DNA of 63,769 nt, the filler included, from an uncultured bacterium (GTDB taxonomy: Bacteria > Auribacterota > CAZIXI01): assembly GCA_964543115.1 (NCBI GenBank). It is 4 parts of 4 records of this genome, joined end to end, with 100 filler letters (N's around TTAATTAATTAA, not from the genome) between each part and the next. Parts side by side here need not be neighbours in the genome. Positions count along the whole stretch, not along the records: positions 1 to 16,887 come from CAZIXI010000051.1; 3 more parts are not named here. One strand, given 5' to 3'. Both the position numbers and the translations under genes were made by a program. The notes under the pieces are model-generated. The model searched no databases, was not told the origin of the DNA, and was given only the letters and a program-made list of their open reading frames with translations. Position 1 is the first letter of the stretch. Each line of letters begins with the position of its first letter. This document shows positions 1 through 11,500 of the stretch, piece by piece.

Positions 1-36
1 CCATGTTACCAAATTGATTAATTAATTTAATCCATT

Positions 37-3000
37 ATGAAAAAAATAACAATATCATTTATTATTATCACCTTTATTGCACAGAATTTGCTCTGGGCGA
101 CAGGGGAGAGGGTGTTAATGCCGGATAGTAAGCAAGCTATGCAGGAGCTCGCAAGTTCAATTGATGAGGTGCAGAATCCGGCTGCCGCCTGGCTAAGATT
201 CAGGGATGGTGGTCAAGCAGTTGATGATCGAGTAGGCGGGGATGAGAGAAAGTCAACTTTGTTTAGGCTAATGATTTGGCTTACCTTGATCTGCTCTTCT
301 TTATTTGTTTCTGCGGCGGATATTTTTCCGGCGGAAGTGTTTGGATTTGAGCTGCCTGCCTGGTTAATGTTTGGGATGGCGAAGAAATCAAAAGCAGATA
401 GGCCCAAACAGAAGCCGGTATTTAAGCGATGGAAAAAGATAGAGAGAGAGTATAGAAATGGAAAATACAGGCTTGTTATTAAGTTAGGTAAAGATGCCCT
501 GGAATCAGGTAAATTCCTCATTGATCAAAAAAGTTATATTGGGATTTGTACGCTTATTGGCAATGCCCATTTTGACCTAAAGGAATTTATGGAGGCGCTT
601 GGCTATTACCAGAAGTGCTATGGGTATCTTGAGAAGATGCCTGAGGAAGATCAGGGTGGCGTAGTGCGCAACCTGGGTTTTTGTTATTATTCTCTGGGGC
701 AATATAAGGAGGCGAAGGAAAAGCTGCAAAAAGTTGTCGATGATCATTTGCCGAGTTTGCGGGCGACGGAAGTTTCTTTTACTCTGGACCGTTTGGGGAA
801 ATGTTGTTTCTTTTTGGGAGAACTGGCGGAGGCGCGAGATTATATCTTAAGAGTGGAGGAAGATGAAGTTACTAGTTCAGGCTGGGCTGTGTTAGCAATT
901 ATATATCTAGTTTTAGAAAATGATTATGATAAAGTGCAAGACTGTCTTGTCCGGGCAGAAGGAGAGGCGATAAAAAAGAGTCTGCCCGGCATGCTTTGTT
1001 TCAGCCAATTTTGTTATTGGCTGCTGCATTGGCGGCAGGGGGAGGGAGAGGCGGCAGAAGAAGATTTAGAAAAATGGCTGGCCTATGATAGTGAAATGAT
1101 TTATGAACGAAGACGCAGTGCCCTCAATGCCATGATTTTGCTTGCTGGGGGTAAATTGTCTTTGCTAAGGGATTTAATAGAAAAGGTAACAGCGGTAAAA
1201 GGAGGGGAATTTGCCGCGAATTATTTACGCGGGATTGTTGGCGGTGTTTTACCGCCTGTTGATTTGCGCGATGTGCGGGAGACAATCATGGAGCTATTCG
1301 GGTTTGAGGATTGTCTGGCCTATGCCCAGTGGCTGTTGGAACAGAAATTTGTTTCCAATGAAGTTTACCAGATAATAGAAATGCAAAAGTTAATCAGCGC
1401 CTTTGAAGAAATAATAGATTTTCTTGCCGGAGAAGAACGAATGGAAGAATTGGCGCAATTGGCGGAGACAAAGGCCCTGAAAACGATTCCGCAGCTGCGC
1501 CAGCGCGTTGCTGCTGCGCTTGATCCAGCGGGAGCTGTTGTTGATGAAGTAGAAGTCTTGGCTAAGTTGCAGCTGATTACGCAGTTAACCGGCAGCCGGG
1601 ATACTGCTGTTTGGTTAAGAGAAGCGCTAAGCCTAATAGATGATCTTGTTTGTTTAAAAAACCTGCCGGAGGAAAAGACCTTTCTCATGTTTATCATTAT
1701 TCTCTTTGAAGGGATTAAGGGGGCTAATGAAGAGTATAGTGAAGAAGTGGCCAGGCCGTTAAAACGAATTATTTCCTGGCTGGAGGAACTGGGGGCAGAT
1801 AACCTGTGCGCCCATGCCCTGCATTACCAGGCTAATCTTTATCATTATTATGATCAATTAACAGCCGCCAGAGAATGTGCGGAGGCCGCCAGGGCGATAA
1901 ATACCGATGAGCGGCTGGCCCATTTGTTGCGGGTACTTTTTGCTGCTATTTGTTACAGTGAAGTAACGCATAATCCTGATGAGACGGAAAAAAATATTGC
2001 CCGGGCGCAGGAAGGCATAGCGATGTTTCGGGAAGCAGAGTCGATGGGAGATATTTCTCCCACAACTTACCTGCAGATGAGCGCTCTTTATGAACTACTG
2101 AATGAATTTGAATCTGCTCTGGATATGTTAAAGTTAACACATAAAAAGAAGAATATGACGGTATTAACGGCTGCCGGGTATGGGCCGGAAAAGATTCAGA
2201 AAATATTGGACGGCTGTTTTGGTGCACATATAAAACTGCGGCTATATGATAATAAGCTTGAACAATTATTGCTGTATATTTTTAATGATCGGGTGTTGGG
2301 GCTATATGAATTGATGCAAGAACGGTATGAAGAGTTGTTCTGGAACCAGGGCAGAAGGGAAATATTGATTCGCGCCGTTATTAATATTTTGGGTGATGAT
2401 TCCTGTTCTATTGAGCATAAGAATAAAGCGGTTGCTTTGATTGAGGGCTTAAATGTGACAGCCCACGCTAAAGAGCTGATAGCGTTATTTGGCAAGACGT
2501 TGAGGGTTTCCGGAAAAAAGAGTAAGCAAATGCAGCGGTTATTGCTGCGTTTGCTGCCTTATTGCCAGACAGCAGAATCTCTGCAGATACTTAAGAAACA
2601 TTCTGTTAAGGCTGCTGCCGCTTTACTTGACTGGCGGGAAAAGACTGTGCTTGGTGTCTACCGGCAAATAGCTGATGGGGAAGTGTACCTCTCGCAGGAA
2701 AAGTGGGATGAAGCGCTGAAGGCGTGGGCGTTGCCTGTGCCAGGGAACGAAGAAGAATTAAACGAATATATCTTGAATTGGGAAAGCGCATCTCTCTTGG
2801 AAGATTATCCGCATATTTTTGTTGATAATATGCGTGAATTGATTATAGAAGCCAAAGCGCAGCGGAAGACGTTGGCGGAACTCCATGAGCAGTTGGTGGG
2901 AAAAAATAAAGAAGCCAAGAAGCGTCTTTTGGCCCAGGAAGAACAGCTTGACGATTTAATGCAGCAGGCCGAGCGGGAGATGGCGAATGGTGAATGGGAT

Positions 3001-5808
3001 AAGGCACAAGCAAAACTTGCTTTTGTTGTGTATGGAAACATCGAACTTGGTCATATTAGCTATCAGTGGCTCGTTTATCAGCGAAGAGACACAGCCAGGG
3101 AAATGGTGAGGCAAAAACTACGGCGTGTCTGTTATTTATTGGAGCAGTGCTCGATTATTGCCAAGAAAGGTGAAGAAACGCTGCGGGGGACGGTGGCCGA
3201 ATGGCAGGACAAGGTCTCCGCGTTGCGAGGAAACCAGCCAGAGGATATTCTGGAAGTGGCCAAATCATTCTATTTTTGCGCTGATCCGGAAAGAGCCCTG
3301 GCGGCGTTTAAAAATATTCCCCGGCGGCAATGGCAGGATAATCCGGAGATGTATTTTTGGCGGCTCAAATTTCTCCTGCGCAGCGGAAGAACAGATGAAT
3401 ATGGTCATGAATTGGCTGAATGGCAGAAGGAGGCCGATCCGCGGATTTGGCATTTAGTGGGCAGGCTTCAGCAGGAAGACGGCCATCCCCTACGGGCCAT
3501 GGATCTTTTTTTAAAGGTTAATGAACAGGGTGACAGGAGTACAGAGTTAATATTTGATAATTTTGATGCCTTATTTGAGCTTTCCGGCTCCCTCTGGTGG
3601 GCAAAAGGATACCGGCAGGCACTGCATTTCTACAGGAATAATCTGATCGCACCAACAATGGCTGGCGAAAATGTGGAAAGGGTATTATTAAGTTCCAGTG
3701 TGCTGGGCAGTCGGGGAAGGTATCAGGAAGAACTTGATCTGCTGGGATGGCTGCAGCAAGCTTTTCGAACTCCTGAGCAAGAGGGAAGGCGCCAGGCGCA
3801 GTTGGGTGTGGCCTATCAAAAAATGGGACGGGACGACAAGGCCCGGGACCATTATCGGGCCTGTCTGGGGCTGGCCACTGATGCGGATTCTTTGACGGCT
3901 TCAATGAACAATCTCATTGCCGTTTATTGGCGGTTAAAGGAATATGGCGACCTGAAAGAGACGCTGCTCCAGACATTGAAGATCGGCTATAATACAATGG
4001 CCATAGCCACGCTGAAGGAAATTATTACCGCGGCGCTGGCCGGTGATGATGAGGCGGCGGATTTTATTCGGGAATTATTGGCAGAGGATAAGCCGAAAGT
4101 TTATGAGGTTATCCGTGAGGCTTGTAAGGACTGGCTGGCTGAACCGGAGAAGATTTCTGCCTTGGCTGTATTGTTTTGCCGCGAGCAAGGGCAAACAGAT
4201 GTGGAATTAGTGGATATAGTCAGTGGAGTTGTCTCTGGTCTCAAATTTGTTGAAGGTGGTATTCAGATTGAGATTGGCGAAGAATCATCCCTGCTTATGT
4301 GGGAATTTTCTCCGGAGCTGTTTGACCGCTTCGTGAGCCTGCTTACGCAAAGGATGCGAACAGTATATCCCGCAATCGTGGCTGTTGTTGATGAAGATAT
4401 TCTTTTCGGTCTGATCAAGAGCCAACAGCTAAATATCATGACCAAAATTGTTATTAATTACCTGCAAGATGCTTTTAGCTATGTTTTTGAACTCATGCCG
4501 GAGGAAGAGATAACCACGATAGTAGCCGGAATACTGGCGGAAGGTGAGCCTTCTGCCCTGATCAAGGATGTTATTTACCCAGTGTTAAATAAGATGAGAG
4601 ATGACTACAGCTTTGGTGTTCTGGCTGATCTGCCAGGGCTGCCGGCATTGACTATTGGGAAAGTATTGCTTAGCCCGGAAGTGCGAGGTAAGAGCCTGAC
4701 GGAGGTTGTGGAGCTGTTGCGGGGGAGGACAGATTATCAGGGGTTACTCAATATCAGTTATCAGTGGATTGTGGGTAAGGAGCATATTGTAATTGATGTG
4801 CAGGCGGAAGGAGAAATTGAAAAATTGCTTAATGCGGAAGCATTTCAAGAGGTTTTCGACGGATATGTAGAGGATGTTCTGGAAGAAGGGGTGCCGGTGC
4901 CGGTAATTGTCCGTTGTCAGGATGCCGAGAATGAGCAAACGGAGCTGTTTATTTGGTCATTAATTCTGGGAGCGGAGGTAAATGCGCAATTAATTGACCG
5001 GATCCTGTTTTTGGCAGATGAGGAAGGGGAGCATACGTTTATTGTTCCCTACGGTGTCAGCCTGATGGAATTACGGCAGTATGAGGAGCAAATAAAAGAT
5101 GTTTTCCGCGGCTATTACTGGTTTGATTTGCGCACCAAGACGATTAAGGAGCTGGAGCATGTTGAGCGGGTGTTCTTTGATGCGGTAACAGAGGATGATG
5201 AAAAAGCAGAAGATATTTCCGCTTGGCTGCAAAAATTGTTTGGCAGAGTCTGGGAAGAAGAGTTAGGCAGTATCGCGGAAAAAGAAAAGGCCATTTATGC
5301 CAAGGTTATGGCCGAGGGCGATGAGATTATTACTGCCAGTGGAGAAGTTTATTTTCGGGAAGAAGATGGTGTTCTTTACCGGATAAGTAGGAAGAAAGGC
5401 GAAATTGTTTCTGCGGCTGTGTGCTTTCCGGATGAAAGAATAGAGATTGCTGAAGGTTTTTCACTGCCGCGTGATCTGACGGCCTTTATTACCTTGCCGG
5501 TTGAGTTTACCGCTTGGGAAGAGGATTTAGAGGAATTATTGGCAATGCTTCTCCGGGGACAATCAAGCACAGATTTTCATGTAATCTATGATCAAAGTGC
5601 AAAAACAATTCAGCTTGTATCTTTTGGCTTTAATCCCCGGGTGATCATCCTGAATAGCCAGGGAATAGTGATTGCCTGTGATAAAACACGCCAGCGAAGA
5701 TATTATAAGGGAAATCAATTAAAATCCGGCTTCCGCGATGTCACCAGCCGCTTTCACTCACTGCCGGCAATTGTCGAACAGAGCGAAGCGCTAACCACGT
5801 CCGTGTAA
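37..5808 (+). CDS. Giant (1923 aa) TPR-repeat protein with N-terminal signal-peptide-like segment and an early TM helix
   Basis: Long ORF; N-terminus MKKITISFIIITFIAQNLLWA; several TPR-like clusters (e.g. LIGNAHFDLKEFMEALGYYQKC, NLGFCYYSLGQYKEAKEKLQK, QLGVAYQKMGRDDKARDHYRAC); C-terminal ~400 aa unrecognised. Confidence 0.8.
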   Translation: MKKITISFIIITFIAQNLLWATGERVLMPDSKQAMQELASSIDEVQNPAAAWLRFRDGGQAVDDRVGGDERKSTLFRLMIWLTLICSSLFVSAADIFPAEVFGFELPAWLMFGMAKKSKADRPKQKPVFKRWKKIEREYRNGKYRLVIKLGKDALESGKFLIDQKSYIGICTLIGNAHFDLKEFMEALGYYQKCYGYLEKMPEEDQGGVVRNLGFCYYSLGQYKEAKEKLQKVVDDHLPSLRATEVSFTLDRLGKCCFFLGELAEARDYILRVEEDEVTSSGWAVLAIIYLVLENDYDKVQDCLVRAEGEAIKKSLPGMLCFSQFCYWLLHWRQGEGEAAEEDLEKWLAYDSEMIYERRRSALNAMILLAGGKLSLLRDLIEKVTAVKGGEFAANYLRGIVGGVLPPVDLRDVRETIMELFGFEDCLAYAQWLLEQKFVSNEVYQIIEMQKLISAFEEIIDFLAGEERMEELAQLAETKALKTIPQLRQRVAAALDPAGAVVDEVEVLAKLQLITQLTGSRDTAVWLREALSLIDDLVCLKNLPEEKTFLMFIIILFEGIKGANEEYSEEVARPLKRIISWLEELGADNLCAHALHYQANLYHYYDQLTAARECAEAARAINTDERLAHLLRVLFAAICYSEVTHNPDETEKNIARAQEGIAMFREAESMGDISPTTYLQMSALYELLNEFESALDMLKLTHKKKNMTVLTAAGYGPEKIQKILDGCFGAHIKLRLYDNKLEQLLLYIFNDRVLGLYELMQERYEELFWNQGRREILIRAVINILGDDSCSIEHKNKAVALIEGLNVTAHAKELIALFGKTLRVSGKKSKQMQRLLLRLLPYCQTAESLQILKKHSVKAAAALLDWREKTVLGVYRQIADGEVYLSQEKWDEALKAWALPVPGNEEELNEYILNWESASLLEDYPHIFVDNMRELIIEAKAQRKTLAELHEQLVGKNKEAKKRLLAQEEQLDDLMQQAEREMANGEWDKAQAKLAFVVYGNIELGHISYQWLVYQRRDTAREMVRQKLRRVCYLLEQCSIIAKKGEETLRGTVAEWQDKVSALRGNQPEDILEVAKSFYFCADPERALAAFKNIPRRQWQDNPEMYFWRLKFLLRSGRTDEYGHELAEWQKEADPRIWHLVGRLQQEDGHPLRAMDLFLKVNEQGDRSTELIFDNFDALFELSGSLWWAKGYRQALHFYRNNLIAPTMAGENVERVLLSSSVLGSRGRYQEELDLLGWLQQAFRTPEQEGRRQAQLGVAYQKMGRDDKARDHYRACLGLATDADSLTASMNNLIAVYWRLKEYGDLKETLLQTLKIGYNTMAIATLKEIITAALAGDDEAADFIRELLAEDKPKVYEVIREACKDWLAEPEKISALAVLFCREQGQTDVELVDIVSGVVSGLKFVEGGIQIEIGEESSLLMWEFSPELFDRFVSLLTQRMRTVYPAIVAVVDEDILFGLIKSQQLNIMTKIVINYLQDAFSYVFELMPEEEITTIVAGILAEGEPSALIKDVIYPVLNKMRDDYSFGVLADLPGLPALTIGKVLLSPEVRGKSLTEVVELLRGRTDYQGLLNISYQWIVGKEHIVIDVQAEGEIEKLLNAEAFQEVFDGYVEDVLEEGVPVPVIVRCQDAENEQTELFIWSLILGAEVNAQLIDRILFLADEEGEHTFIVPYGVSLMELRQYEEQIKDVFRGYYWFDLRTKTIKELEHVERVFFDAVTEDDEKAEDISAWLQKLFGRVWEEELGSIAEKEKAIYAKVMAEGDEIITASGEVYFREEDGVLYRISRKKGEIVSAAVCFPDERIEIAEGFSLPRDLTAFITLPVEFTAWEEDLEELLAMLLRGQSSTDFHVIYDQSAKTIQLVSFGFNPRVIILNSQGIVIACDKTRQRRYYKGNQLKSGFRDVTSRFHSLPAIVEQSEALTTSV

Positions 5809-5873
5809 AGTAAGTGAGTATATAGGAAGCGTGCTAAGCTCGATTTCCTTCATGGCGTATGTATTATTAAAAA

Positions 5874-8241
5874 TTATTTGCCGTTACTGCAATGGCCGCC
5901 CACCCAGTCGATGCCGCCCCGGTCCCAGTACATAGAACGCTCAGCAACAAAACCCACACCGTTAGTTGTTGTTAGTTGGGTGGAGACTTCACCGCTAACG
6001 TATTGGGAGACATTAACCGTGTCCCTAGTAGCTGGTCCGATAGTGCGGGTGGTGGCCACAGTTGTTCCGTTAGGAGCCATAAATGTTACCGCCACTTCCG
6101 CGGATGTGCTGTTGGGGTTCTGGATACAAATATATTCGTCGAAATCACTGGCGGTATAACCTTCGGCAAAATATTTAGTGGTACTGTTTGCCGTTGCCCC
6201 GGGACAGCAGTGTGCCCCGATCCAGGTGATATCATTTTTGTCCCAGTAGATTACCCGCTCGCCAACTATGCCCACGCCGTTAGTGGATTGCAGCTGCACG
6301 GAAACCTCACCGGAAACGGTCTGCTCCACATTTATCGTTTCTCTAGTGGTCGGCCCGACAGTCATATCGGAAGTGGTTGTTGTGCCGTCAGGCTGCATAT
6401 AGGTTACAGTAACTTCGGCGGTAGCAGCGTGCGGATTTTGAATGCAGATAAACTCATCAAAATCACTGCCTGTGTATCCTTCCGCGAAATACCAGGTACC
6501 GGCAGCGGAAAGGGCGCCGGTGCTGCAATGACCGGCAATCCAGTCTATTCCTCCGCCGTTACGGTACATTACCCGTTCGGCGTTAATGTTAGTATTTTCA
6601 CAGGTTACAAGAGTAGATACCTCGCCAGAAATATGGTTGCCTACATTTACTGTTTCCCTGCTGGTGGGAGCGATAGTTACGGCAGTGGCCACGGTGTTGC
6701 CGTTAGGATCCATAAAAGTAACGCTGACGGTAGCGGAAATACTGTTGGGGTTTTGAATACAGATATATTCATAGAAATCATCTGAGGTGTATCCTTCCGC
6801 GAAATAAACTGAGCGTGTAGGGGTATTTACCCCCGGACTGCAGTGGCCGGCCACCCAGTCAATTCCACCCTTGTTCCAGTACATGGCGCGTTCAGCGATA
6901 ATTGTTTCGCCGCCGGTTGCCTCAACCTTAGTAGAAACCTCACCGCTAACATAATCACTCACGTTAACCGTTTCTCTGGTGGTGGGACCCATAGTCCTGG
7001 TGGTGGTAACCGTTGTGCCCGCGGGCTGCATGAAGGTAAGGGTGACGGAAACGGAACTGGTGTTGGGATTTTGAATACAGATATATTCACTAAAATCGCT
7101 AGAGGTAAAGCCTTCGGCAAAATAGGTAACGCTATCATCAGTGATAAGCCAAACTTCGCCGCCAGTGGTGCCATTATTTGTTCCGGCCAATAACGTTCCG
7201 GCTTGTATCCCTAAGCAGGTAATACTCTGGTTATTTGTATCACCGAAGGCGGTTGTTCCTGCCTCGGTCCAGGTAGTGCCGTCAGTTGTTCGCCAAAGCT
7301 GACAACCATCGGCGTTATCGGTACCGGCATAGAGATATTGTCCCATGACAACCATGTCGTTAAGAGACTGATTATTCGCTGCACCGAATCCATCTGTATT
7401 CACCTGTGTCCAGGTAGTTCCATCAGTAGTGCGCCAAACCTCGCAACCAGTGGTTTGATTTTGTGTTCCGGCGTAAAGATAACCATTGTAAGTGGCAAAT
7501 CTACCAATGGCGTCATTATTACTGTCACCAAAGCCACCGGCTACGGTAGCAGAATCGCCGACCACAGGCTCCCAATACGTAAGATCGGAGCTGCGCCAGA
7601 TCTGCGCACCGCTTCCTCCGCCATTGTATGTTCCCACGTAAAGATATGTGCCAAAATCCGTCAATGCAGGAATAGTATCGTTATTGGTGTCGCCAAAACC
7701 AGCGGGAGTAGTTGCCCCGGCACCCACAGCAACAGTCCAGGTTTGTCCATCAGCAGTGTACCACAATTGACAACCATCAAAATTGCCTGTGGCTGCGTAT
7801 AAGTTATCATTGTATGTATGCATACACGGTATGGAGATGTTATTTTCTCCAAATCCNNNNNNNNNNAGACTGCTGCCAGCTGGTGCCGTCACTGGTCACC
7901 CAAACTTGGCAGCCATCAACGTTGTTTTCAGTACCAGCATATAGGTTAGAATCTAGTGTTTTTAGAGACTCAACAGCACTGTTATCAGTATCACCAAAAC
8001 CATCAGTGTTTACTTGAACCCAGGTTCTTGAATCAATACTACGGAAAACTGCACCGCCAGTGTCTACATTTTGAGTACCCACATACGTATACAAGCCTAA
8101 ATTATTAACTGCACTTATATGGGTATTATTTGCATCACCAAATCCATCATCTCCGCTTTGTTGCTGGGTAAAGGCAAACGCCGTACCGTACAGACAGATA
8201 GAAATAATCAATGCCAACAAAATAATTTCGCCAAATTTCAT
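5874..8241 (-). CDS. Secreted protein: 7 GFGDxNN beta-propeller repeats plus 4 C-terminal YFAEG (DUF5719-like) repeats; one gene split by the 10-N gap
   Basis: ORFs 7840-8241 and 5874-7892 continue the same repeat (SWQQS-gap-GFGENN); signal peptide MKFGEIILLALIISICLYGTAFA; four YFAEG[FY]T..F.E[YF]ICIQNP repeats of ~105 aa. Confidence 0.8.
7857..7866. other. Internal scaffold gap (10 N)
   Basis: Run of N inside a CDS; placeholder length does not preserve frame. Confidence 0.95.
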
Positions 8242-8474
8242 GTTGGTCCCTCCTTTTCTGAAGCGCTATTTTCACAAATAACGATACACAATTATATCAA
8301 AAAACAAGTATTTTTGTCAATGTTAATACATTGCAGTGCAGGAGATGAGAAAATTTCGATTTCTCACATAAAATCGCGAATTATATTTCATGATATCCTC
8401 ATTTATATTTCAATCAATTATCCTGTAACTATATAAAAAGCATTGATGGCTAATGACTTATAGAGTTACAAGGT

Positions 8475-8490
8475 TGGCATGGCGCTTGCA
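8475..8490 (+). promoter_or_regulatory. Sigma-54 (RpoN) -24/-12 promoter
   Basis: TGGCATG-GCGC-TTGCA matches TGGCAYG-N4-TTGCW with exact GG/GC spacing; GGAGGT RBS at 8545-8550 before ATG 8554. Confidence 0.75.
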
Positions 8491-8553
8491 CTATTATATG
8501 CACTGAATTTCTGTGCCTAATAATAATCAATTCATTAACTTACTGGAGGTGCT

Positions 8554-11500
8554 ATGTACTTTTTCAAACATGAAATTCTGCGAAAATCTTTAACGGTTCT
8601 TATTATCGTTTCATTTCTCTTAAGTAACAATCTTTATGCCCTGGAAAGGCAATCATTCCTGGCGGTTGATTCCCAGCAGGCATTTTCCCGCGCCCTGCAG
8701 CTGGCGGAGGTGCTGCAAACCCCGCTGGCTATCCACAAACTACAAGACGAAATGGGGATAAACGATCTTGGGGCTCTGGTGAGAAAGCGCAGGGAGATGG
8801 ATGAGATCCTTTGGGATTTGGTAAGCGCGGGAAAATTACCCGGACTAACTGTAAACACATTGCCATATCTTCATTCTCTGATTGTGCCGGAGCTTGATCC
8901 GCAATCAGGAGAAAAAGTGCGTAATGGCGGACAGGCATTTTATACTTTTAACAGTATGGGTTATTTTGTGCGCATCAGAACCAGGGATTTTGTTGATCCC
9001 TTTTATGCTGCTTTTTTGCAAGGAAGAGGGGCGCCTCTGCAAAAAACAATTGAGTTAGAGGGAAAATTAATAGATGTATTCCGGGTAACGGAAGAAAATC
9101 TGCCGGCAATTAACAGAACATTAAAGGGCTTGGCTGAAGCCTCCGGTGTAGCAGCAAGGGTCAGTAAGGCAACCATTGCTGGATCCGGGGAGGAAGAGAA
9201 GCCGGTTGCTGCGGATCCTGTTGGGACCAAGGGCGAACACGTTGGAGTAAGTTTTCTGGTTGATAGAATAGCGGAATATGATGTGCAGGATATTCATGAT
9301 GCCGATCCTGTCTATTTACAACGAATCACAGAAATCATTGATCATTTGCCGGGTACGGGACATCGTGAGATTGCGCAAGCATTAAAGGATGCTGTGAGTA
9401 GCGGCAAGATGAAAATTGTGGAGTCGCCTGAAGGTAAAGATCTGCTTTATCTTTACCTTAGCTGCGTCCGGAAAATGCGTTACAACGTTATTGCTCATAT
9501 TGAAGATGAAATCTATGTTCCCAAGGGATTGCTTGACCTGTTTATTAATCCCGCTAAATGCCGGGAAGAACTAAAGGGGTATTTGGGAGAGGAAAAATTT
9601 GCCAAAATGTTTGGCCCGCAGGTGAGCGGCGACCGTATACGCAGTTGGTTGTTGCGCGCCCTGGCCGGCGGCTTTACACATGAAGGGCATGAGGTAATGA
9701 TGTGGAAGCGGGAGAAGGATAATTACCAGCGCAGTACTCATCACAATACTGCCAATATGTTAGAGAGAAATGTAGCGGGCGTTAGTGTTTTTGACGCGGA
9801 AAGTCATTTTGATGATATTACCAAATTTCTTTTTCTTCGGGATCTGGGAATGAAACCGGAGATATTTATCTTCGATATTTTGCGTGACCGTCTGCGCAGC
9901 AATGAAGGCATCATTAATCATGGTTATGGTTTTGAAAGACATAACCTGAGGGATGTTGAAGGCAATCTTGTGCGGCACCGGCTGGAAAGATTACTGGAAA
10001 CTGAATATGACCAGGCAGCAATTGCGGAATCGGGAGATTATCACTTAATTACCTATAAAGGCAGGGCCATTGCCTTTAGCAAAAGCACAGCGGAAGGAGA
10101 ACTAATTTATAGTTTGTATCCGGATGAAACTAAAATTGATCATTATCCGGTTAAGAATCTAATTGCCGATTACCGCGATCTGGCCACAGCCACTTATAAG
10201 CCGCAGGTAATGGAGTATCATGATAGGGACGCAGAAGACAGAACATTGGCCGGAACAAAATGCGCAAAATTGGCCTGGGCCTTTAATAAGGGTATTCCCA
10301 ATCCCGTGGGATTCAATATCACTAAGTACGGTAACCTGGCCTATCTCCGACATAACCCTGATCTATTAGAGGCGCTGCAGGGAATTAAAGAATTGAATGT
10401 GATGAATGTGCGCCAGCGAAAGGATTTTTCTGAACGTGTGCAGGAGTTGATGCACTCGGAAACGGAATTACCAGAGGAGCTGTTAGAGCGAATGCAGGAC
10501 CTGATAACTGAATACAGCCGCCGTCTGGGTTACGATGTGGATAAAGGTGAATACGCCAGTTTTGCCTACCGGGGCAGCGGATTGATGGAGGATTTTGAAG
10601 GAACCATCCCCTGGTTTCAAAAAAGCATCGGTGCCCAGCCGGGACAGGGAACAACGGTGCTGCATAAACGCGGCCTGGATGTGGTTGCCGAAGCCACCAT
10701 TGAGGCGATTGCCGGATTGTTTAACGATCAGATATTTATTTACCGTGATATCCAGGTGTTTTTTGATTTTGTGATCAAGATGACGCGAGAAAAGGGCGGC
10801 GATGGCGAACGCGAGTACCGGAAGTTAATTGAAATTCTCGAACAGGAGGGATTCGCGGAAATTGCCCGCAGCCTGACAGAAGAAAATTCTCCCGGCTACG
10901 TACGGCTGCGTGACGCCCTGGCGCGAATAGAAGAAAAAAGGCCGGATATTAAAGACCGCTATCATTGGTTGGATAAACTAAATGAATCAGCAGACGAAAT
11001 TCTTAATCCGGTTAAATTATTAACCGGGGTAGCGGTGCTGGAACAGCTGGATTCCTATGTTTCCGGTACGGCCTTTACCAGTAATTTGGGCCGGGCACGT
11101 GATGGGTCAACATTTGCTAAGTGCCAGGGAAATTTTCCAGAAAAGCCGGGTGATGATTTTGGCGGATTTACCAGGTATCAGAAGGTTAATGTAGGCCCGG
11201 GCATGGGGCCGGGAATTGTGGAAGGGAAATTTGAACCGGATATTTTCAGCCTGTTCAGTCCGGATGGTGAAAACTGGGTGTATGAAGATTTTATGGTGGG
11301 CGGTAAAGAAATGCGGCTGGTTTATCTGGAATATGCCTATCAGGCCCTGAAGGAAAAATTAACCTTTGTGCAAATAAAGGCGTTGGTTGAGGCCTATGGC
11401 CGATACCGTAACGCTCCGGATAAGTCGCGTCGCAGACGGCGGGCTAGGGGAGAACTGGCACAGTTGTTGAAGATTGATGATGGACTTGTTGACGATTGGG

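Noticed and set aside
5878..7802. Long plus-strand ORFs opposite the FAEG-repeat gene, and similar antisense ORFs over ileS, GH genes and giants
   Set aside because: Shadow frames of well-supported genes, with no RBS or recognisable motifs.
11422..11448. KSRRRRRAR as a nuclear localisation signal
   Set aside because: A short basic run in an insertion, with no supporting evidence for a eukaryotic host.
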